This document shows, in pieces, positions 58,507-64,000 of a stretch of 64,000 bases of DNA. Positions within the stretch are counted from its first letter, which is position 1, and each line of letters starts with the position of its first letter. Origin of the DNA: a virus (Duplodnaviria; Caudoviricetes); IMG/VR virus record IMGVR_UViG_3300032007_000001. One strand, 5' to 3'. Below the pieces are notes generated by a model. The model did no database searches. It worked only from the letters and a program-made list of their open reading frames with translations, and had not been told where the DNA came from. The translations under genes were made by a program, and so were the position numbers.

Positions 58507-58557
58507 ACTTAGTACACCTTTCCTCTCTTTGATTGTTTTGTTTTATCTTATAGCCGT

Positions 58558-58592
58558 ATTATAACATAAATTGTTTTGTTTGTAAATAGTTT
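58558..58592 (-). promoter_or_regulatory. Early promoter
   Basis: Minus strand AAACTA-TTTACA-N17-TATAAT. Confidence 0.7.
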
Positions 58593-58604
58593 TTTTCAAA
58601 AAAT

Positions 58605-58913
58605 TTAGCAACATTCTTTTTCATACAATTTTTGTGCTTTAATTAATTTGGATAGATTTATTTCAGCCAATGTAAGTTCATATGACGCAGAATCATTATC
58701 TTCCATACCAGAGTATTCAAAATTTTCTTGTGCTAATTTATAGCGCATTTTTGCTTCTTGCAATTCTTCATTTGTAACTTTCTTTGGAGTAACGTGTTCT
58801 ATTGCGTCTCTAACATACTGTTTGGTATGACTTAAAGAATCTCTAAAATTTCTTCCCTCATCACCAATTCCAATATCTTTTGAATTTCTTAAAAAATTAA
58901 GCATCCCCATCAT
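58605..58913 (-). CDS. YaaL/DUF2508-like protein
   Basis: A..RY..AQENFEY....D.ASYEL..AE..LS.LIK pattern. Confidence 0.45.
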   Translation of the reverse strand: MMGMLNFLRNSKDIGIGDEGRNFRDSLSHTKQYVRDAIEHVTPKKVTNEELQEAKMRYKLAQENFEYSGMEDNDSASYELTLAEINLSKLIKAQKLYEKECC

Positions 58914-59101
58914 TCCCTTTCTCTTAAATTTTACAATATGATTATATAAAAAACAAAATAGTTTTGTAAACATTTAATAACAAAAATTCAAAGCTTTTTG
59001 TTATGCAATTCAAAAACACACATTTTGTATTACATATTCTTTTTAAGAAGATACATAAATTAAATATAATATTGATAGAAACAAGAAATGGAGTGAAAAA
59101 A

Positions 59102-59500
59102 ATGATTGAATACATTGTTGATGAAGATAATAAAATAATCAAATGCAGAATGTATGGAGATGAATTTAAGTATTTTCTTATCAAAAAAATAAAGAAAATG
59201 AAAAAAGGATTAAAAAATGATATCATCAATATTGATGAATCAAAATACGAACTTCCTGGTATATATTTTGGAACATCCAAATATCACAAAGAAGAAGAAA
59301 AAGAATTTGATATAGAATATGGAAAGAAAATAGCAAGAAAAAAAGCATACAAAAAATTCTATAAGAATATTATTTCAAAATTAAAGAATATGAGAAGCAA
59401 CATAAATAAATTCAATGAAAATTTATTGCTCATGTATTTCTATTATGAACATATTCATGAAGATATTGAAGAAATGTTAGATAAAACATTAAAAGATTAA
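59102..59500 (+). CDS. Hypothetical phage protein
   Basis: GTSKYH..E.EFDIEYGKKIARKKAY motif; start after GGAG RBS. Confidence 0.55.
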   Translation: MIEYIVDEDNKIIKCRMYGDEFKYFLIKKIKKMKKGLKNDIINIDESKYELPGIYFGTSKYHKEEEKEFDIEYGKKIARKKAYKKFYKNIISKLKNMRSNINKFNENLLLMYFYYEHIHEDIEEMLDKTLKD

Positions 59501-59574
59501 GTATTTTATAAAAGTGAGGATAAACACCTCATTTTTCTTCTTGAGCGATAAATTTTACCGCAGGAGATGAATGC

Positions 59575-59868
59575 ATGGGAATTGCTATAACAGTAACATT
59601 TATGTTACTTATGTGGCTATATTTTAGTTTTTATTATGAAGAATCTCAAATTATACCAGAAATGATGATTTGCGTGGACACAAACATCTTTTATGATATA
59701 GGTAGAGATAAAATAATAATAAAAATTCCTTTTAAGAAAACAATATTTTTGCCAGAAATTTTTAGACGTAATCACAATCCAGTCTATTTGAATAGGAAGA
59801 CATATCAATTTTATGAAGATTATGTAATGGTAAATTATAATAGTAAAGTTTTATTGAAGAAAGGATGA
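59575..59868 (+). CDS. Small membrane-anchored protein
   Basis: Hydrophobic N-terminus, AGGAG RBS. Confidence 0.5.
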   Translation: MGIAITVTFMLLMWLYFSFYYEESQIIPEMMICVDTNIFYDIGRDKIIIKIPFKKTIFLPEIFRRNHNPVYLNRKTYQFYEDYVMVNYNSKVLLKKG

Positions 59869-60476
59869 ACTTCATGGAAATCACTCAAGAAGCTTTTAAA
59901 AAAATGAAAAAAAGATATGTAGACCTCTTAAAGTCTACAAAAAGAGAAAACATTGAAGCCCTTATTGCTTTTTTGGAAAAGAATGATTTTTTTGATGCTC
60001 CGTCATCAATGCACTATCATTCTGCCTTTAAGCATGGGCTTCTTTTACATAGCTTAAACGTTTATGACCAGCTTTGCGAATTATGTAAAATTTATAATAA
60101 AGACGATGAAATCAATGAAGATACAATTATTATATCTTCATTATTACACGATATCTGCAAAACGAGTTTTTATAAAACCGAAATGAGAAACAAAAAAATC
60201 AATGGAGTATGGAAAGAAGTTCAAGCCTATACAATACATGATGTATTTCCTGCTGGCCACGGTGAAAAATCGGTTATGATAGCTCAACAATTTATTAAAT
60301 TATCTATGCAAGAAATTCTTGCAATCAATTGGCACATGGGAGCATTTGATATTCGTTGTGGAGATTATCAAGGAAAAACAGCACTTAGCAATTCAATGGA
60401 AAGATTCAAATTGGTAACGTTGCTTAATATGGCTGACGTTGCTGCTACTTACCTTATGGAAGAAAGGGAAGATTAA
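59865..60476 (+). CDS. HD-domain hydrolase
   Basis: APSSMHYH, GLLLHSLNV, LLHDICK, GHGEKS, WHMG, AD. Confidence 0.85.
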   Translation: MNFMEITQEAFKKMKKRYVDLLKSTKRENIEALIAFLEKNDFFDAPSSMHYHSAFKHGLLLHSLNVYDQLCELCKIYNKDDEINEDTIIISSLLHDICKTSFYKTEMRNKKINGVWKEVQAYTIHDVFPAGHGEKSVMIAQQFIKLSMQEILAINWHMGAFDIRCGDYQGKTALSNSMERFKLVTLLNMADVAATYLMEERED

Positions 60477-60477
60477 A

Positions 60478-60933
60478 ATGATTGAATTCTCCGGAAAATA
60501 TGCAATGCTTTCAAATTTTTACGATAATCAAATTACATATAACAAAATAACGTATAAAAATAATGAGGCTGCATTCCAAGCTCAAAAAACAGATTCAGAT
60601 AAAATAAGGAAACAATTTTCTCGCATGTTTCCGTCTGAAGCTGTAAGAAAAGGAAAAACATTACAATTAAGAACTGATTGGAATGACGAATTAGCTGAAA
60701 AAATCATGTATGAAATCAATAAAATAAAATTTTCTCAAGAACCATTTAAGACATTATTATTAGAAACCAAAGATGAAGTATTAGAAAATAGAAATGGTCA
60801 TGGCGATATCGTATGGGGTATTTGCGATGGCAAAGGCGAAAATAAGTTAGGAAAAATATTAATGAAAATAAGGACTGAACTACGAGATGCAGGAAAACAA
60901 TCAGACCCAGGAGAAAAAGAAGAAAACCAATAA
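60478..60933 (+). CDS. NADAR family protein
   Basis: LSNFY, EAAFQAQK, R.DW, KFSQ, LL.T, WG...G.GENKLGKILMKIR. Confidence 0.88.
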   Translation: MIEFSGKYAMLSNFYDNQITYNKITYKNNEAAFQAQKTDSDKIRKQFSRMFPSEAVRKGKTLQLRTDWNDELAEKIMYEINKIKFSQEPFKTLLLETKDEVLENRNGHGDIVWGICDGKGENKLGKILMKIRTELRDAGKQSDPGEKEENQ

Positions 60934-61582
60934 TAATTGGACTTTGATTTACAAACTATATGAAGAATTAAATCCTAAACAAAAACAAAATTTTCTTAAA
61001 AGGTTTGGATTGTTTGAGGCAAATTTTCTTAATTTAGACCTCGAAGCTAAAATCAAAAATATCAATAAAGAAATTAGATACAACATCAATGATTCTGAAA
61101 CAAAAAAGATTTTATTTAGTTTGGAACATTTCGTAAATAATAGCAAAAAGGTTGTATTGTTAAGAGGAGAATCATTAAAAGATAGAATCATTGGACAATG
61201 CGATGGATTATATGATATTGTTGATTCGGTTGATGATGAACATTTATTAATATTAGTACAAAGCGATACAAATCCTGAAAAAGAATTAGAATATCTAAAA
61301 GAAAGAAAAGAACAAGGATTTTGTCAAGCAGACCTTATAACATTAGATTATCACTTAGTAAAACAACTTATTCCTAAATTATTAGAAATTTATAGAACTG
61401 TATCAAAACATATACCTAATAATATGTCATTCAACGAATGGGATAACATATTAAAACAAATTGCTTGGTTTTGTAATGAATACGTTACATTATTCAAAAA
61501 CGATGATGGCAGCGATGAATATAAAAATAAATTAAAGGAAGCAAGAAAACATTTTATAGACCATTTTATGGATTTATGGTAA
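60887..61582 (+). CDS. Hypothetical protein
   Basis: 231 aa ORF followed by a terminator. Confidence 0.55.
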   Translation: MQENNQTQEKKKKTNNNWTLIYKLYEELNPKQKQNFLKRFGLFEANFLNLDLEAKIKNINKEIRYNINDSETKKILFSLEHFVNNSKKVVLLRGESLKDRIIGQCDGLYDIVDSVDDEHLLILVQSDTNPEKELEYLKERKEQGFCQADLITLDYHLVKQLIPKLLEIYRTVSKHIPNNMSFNEWDNILKQIAWFCNEYVTLFKNDDGSDEYKNKLKEARKHFIDHFMDLW

Positions 61583-61639
61583 AAATTCTTTGAATAACAA
61601 AAAGGTTGGATTTTCCAATCTTTTTTTTGTTTTTATATA

Positions 61640-61668
61640 TTTACACTTATGAAATTCTATTGTATAAT
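61640..61668 (+). promoter_or_regulatory. Early promoter
   Basis: TTTACA-N17-TATAAT. Confidence 0.65.
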
Positions 61669-61730
61669 TCATACAGTGGTACAAAAGATAAAACAATAAA
61701 ATTAAATTTGTGGAAAGAAGGTAAACATTT

Positions 61731-62969
61731 ATGCCAACTAAACTTCGGGGGAAAAATAGGTACTATCATATGTTGGATTTACCAGGAAGCATGCCTAGTA
61801 CTGGACTCATCCAATATCATAGAGAAATGGCTCAACGCATGTTGAAAAGAACGTTGAAACCAGACGAATGCGTTGTAAGAAAAGATGGCGACAGGAGTAA
61901 TGACAGGATGGAAAACCTTATGGTATTCGCAAGCAAGGGTGGAGCACGTCGTTATTACTCAAAACATAGCCAAGAATTTCTTTTTAGAAGAGAAGATGGA
62001 GTATATGACTATGATTGGGAAGCAATAAACCAGCAAAAACAAAAGACATCTGAAAATTATAAAAACAAAATGAATAAACTCAAAGAGCGAAACGAAAAGA
62101 TTAATGTCTTTATTAAAGACAATCCAAATTGCACGTTGGAAGATATCGCAAATAATTTTTTCAATGGAAAAATCGCTACAGCGAGAAATCATCTTTACAC
62201 GCATGATATTAAATTGACAAACATCAATTATAGCAACTCCAATAAAGGTGTTGAAAAAATTCGTTCGATGACTCGTGAAGAGCTTATTCTGTATTTGAGT
62301 ACTCATCATGTTTCTGGTAAAGAATTAGCAGAAAAATTGGGAACAAACTATTACTCAATTGCAAATGCTCTTTCTGAACGTGGTATATCAACTATTGGAA
62401 AACATAAAAAATTCAAACATCTTACTCGCCAAGCTATTATTGATGCTATGGCATCAAAACCTTCAAAACAAAAACTTGCTCGTATGCTTGGTGTATTTGA
62501 AGAAAACCTTGAGGTTGAGTTATGGAAACTTGGCATTAAACATGGATATAAAATGGTGTTCGTAAAAGGCCATTATGAAATGCCAAAAGAAGAAGATTAC
62601 GAAAGCAATGAAATTGAGCAACAAAAGAGTGAAATGACAATAGCTGAACACGAACAGCCTATTGAAGACGTTGTTTCTGAAGTTCAAGATATTAATAAGG
62701 AAAACAAATTTACTCTTGACGATGCTTATAGTATTGGACTTACGTTCAATGATATTAAGTTCCTTACGCAAAAAAGCACAAAAGACCTCATTGACAGTAA
62801 AAATATTGATATTAGTATGGACAATATCAATACATTCATTGAAATGCGTAAGATATTGACAAGAGAAAATATCATTGCATTGTACAAAGCTGGTCATTCT
62901 ACGAATGACATTGCTGCAATTTATGGATATAATGGGATGTATGTACGCCATATCGCAGATACAATTTGA
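61731..62969 (+). CDS. Degenerate HNH-endonuclease-like protein with multiple HTH-like repeats
   Basis: YHREMA..LKRTLKPDECVVRKDGDRSNDRMENL (HNH-like, His lost); TLEDIA, ELAEKLGT, KLARMLGV, STNDIAAIYG HTH-like segments. Confidence 0.6.
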   Translation: MPTKLRGKNRYYHMLDLPGSMPSTGLIQYHREMAQRMLKRTLKPDECVVRKDGDRSNDRMENLMVFASKGGARRYYSKHSQEFLFRREDGVYDYDWEAINQQKQKTSENYKNKMNKLKERNEKINVFIKDNPNCTLEDIANNFFNGKIATARNHLYTHDIKLTNINYSNSNKGVEKIRSMTREELILYLSTHHVSGKELAEKLGTNYYSIANALSERGISTIGKHKKFKHLTRQAIIDAMASKPSKQKLARMLGVFEENLEVELWKLGIKHGYKMVFVKGHYEMPKEEDYESNEIEQQKSEMTIAEHEQPIEDVVSEVQDINKENKFTLDDAYSIGLTFNDIKFLTQKSTKDLIDSKNIDISMDNINTFIEMRKILTRENIIALYKAGHSTNDIAAIYGYNGMYVRHIADTI

Positions 62970-62982
62970 AATTTTTTGAAAA

Positions 62983-63017
62983 AAACTATTTACTTTTTCT
63001 GTTGAATATGGTATAAT
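62983..63017 (+). promoter_or_regulatory. Early promoter
   Basis: AAACTA-TTTACT-N17-TATAAT. Confidence 0.7.
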
Positions 63018-63067
63018 ACACTCAGTCAAAGATAAAACAACTTTACAGGCAAAGGAGAAAAGAGATT

Positions 63068-63928
63068 ATGCTGAACAGACTTGCACGTTTTAAGATTCCC
63101 GTTTGGACTCGTTATGAGGTTTTGAAGCCTAAGGGAAATTCCTATAAGAAACCTGAACTCGTTGAGGTTGGTCGAAAAGATGTCATCAGTCGTATGTATA
63201 CTCGTGGCGACAATGATTATGTAGAGCGTTTGATTATCGGCCATGATGATTTGTTCATCACTTTTGAAGACCAGAAGAACGGCAATTATGTCTGGACCAT
63301 CGACCCCAACTACATGTTCAAGCAGCGTTGTAAGATGAGCGATTTTGCAACGAGTGATGCTTGCAAGGAATTTGAGGAAAAGCATAAGATGGCTATGGCA
63401 TTTGAGAAAATGTCAAAGGAACAGGAAGCGAGTCTTGCTGATGAACCGCTTCAGCAGACAAACAATCTGCGACTCACGGTAAGCAAGGGCGATATCACAT
63501 ATGATTGCCCGACTCATATGCAGTATATTTCCATTGACCAACATTGCTACTATGCGGTGCTTGATGAAAACAACGAAATCAAACTCGTTGACATCGAGTA
63601 TGACCAGCTTCCCTATTACAATAACACCAATTCCTATGCAACGTATATCAACATTCCCAAGGAGCGTATGTATATCGTTGTAAACGATGCAGATTACCAC
63701 GAAACTGAAGAACAGAATTGGTGTGTGCTTTTCCTTGACGGTAAAGAAGTTGCTCCTGATATGGATAAGGTTATCACCAAGGAAGACCTCGTAAAACGCA
63801 TGAATACTACAATCAGAGACAACATTGCAAAACAGGAGATTACTCCTGACCAGTTCCTCAACCTGAACGATGAAGATGTAGAATTTTACATCGACATTAA
63901 GGAGACTGAATCCCCTGTAGAGGAATAA
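63068..63928 (+). CDS. Hypothetical early protein
   Basis: Own promoter, AAAGGAG RBS, GC-richer codon usage like the AAA gene. Confidence 0.65.
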   Translation: MLNRLARFKIPVWTRYEVLKPKGNSYKKPELVEVGRKDVISRMYTRGDNDYVERLIIGHDDLFITFEDQKNGNYVWTIDPNYMFKQRCKMSDFATSDACKEFEEKHKMAMAFEKMSKEQEASLADEPLQQTNNLRLTVSKGDITYDCPTHMQYISIDQHCYYAVLDENNEIKLVDIEYDQLPYYNNTNSYATYINIPKERMYIVVNDADYHETEEQNWCVLFLDGKEVAPDMDKVITKEDLVKRMNTTIRDNIAKQEITPDQFLNLNDEDVEFYIDIKETESPVEE

Positions 63929-64000
63929 TGGTAAACCAACTTACGTAGAGGAAGGAGACGCAATTTCCCCCAAAATTGCGCCTCCTGTTTTTCCCCTAAA

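Noticed and set aside
1-64000. Genome-wide stop codon reassignment (TGA=Trp or TAG=Gln)
   Set aside because: Long conserved genes are intact in code 11, and TGA ends many genes at natural C-termini (for example pnkp DPRL and the fibre genes); only one gene shows in-frame TGAs

Overview
Very AT-rich, gene-dense 64 kb segment of a large (jumbo-like) tailed phage, probably infecting a Bacillota host (YaaL/DUF2508-like gene, Firmicutes-type GalE and RBSs; Negativicutes is a tentative guess from the holin and tail genes). No rRNA, tRNA, CRISPR array, integrase or reverse transcriptase was seen. Main content: (1) a DnaE (Pol III alpha) gene split into two ORFs about 22.7 kb apart, each carrying half of a naturally split intein at the GPGRG|SGAG site; (2) a probable DNA hypermodification pathway: a thymidylate-synthase homologue with the dCMP-specifying Asp, a dNMP kinase, an intein-containing dCMP deaminase, and a T4 alpha-glucosyltransferase-like enzyme in an operon with Ugd, Uxs and a 4-epimerase, which points to pentosylated (xylose or L-arabinose) hydroxymethylcytosine; (3) a NusG-NGN, Hen1 and Pnkp RNA-repair cluster, plus NADAR, HD, MoxR-AAA/vWA and degenerate HNH genes; (4) a mosaic cluster of tail-collar tail fibre genes; (5) at least 11 small acidic proteins sharing a basic N-terminal leader MK[RH]Lx(K)xA, a candidate capsid-targeting signal; (6) a five-copy tandem paralog array, one copy with two in-frame TGA codons and one frameshifted; (7) a duplicated two-gene module; and (8) nine copies of a strong TTTACA-N17-TATAAT early promoter. 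All product calls are from motif recognition by eye; no database search was run.
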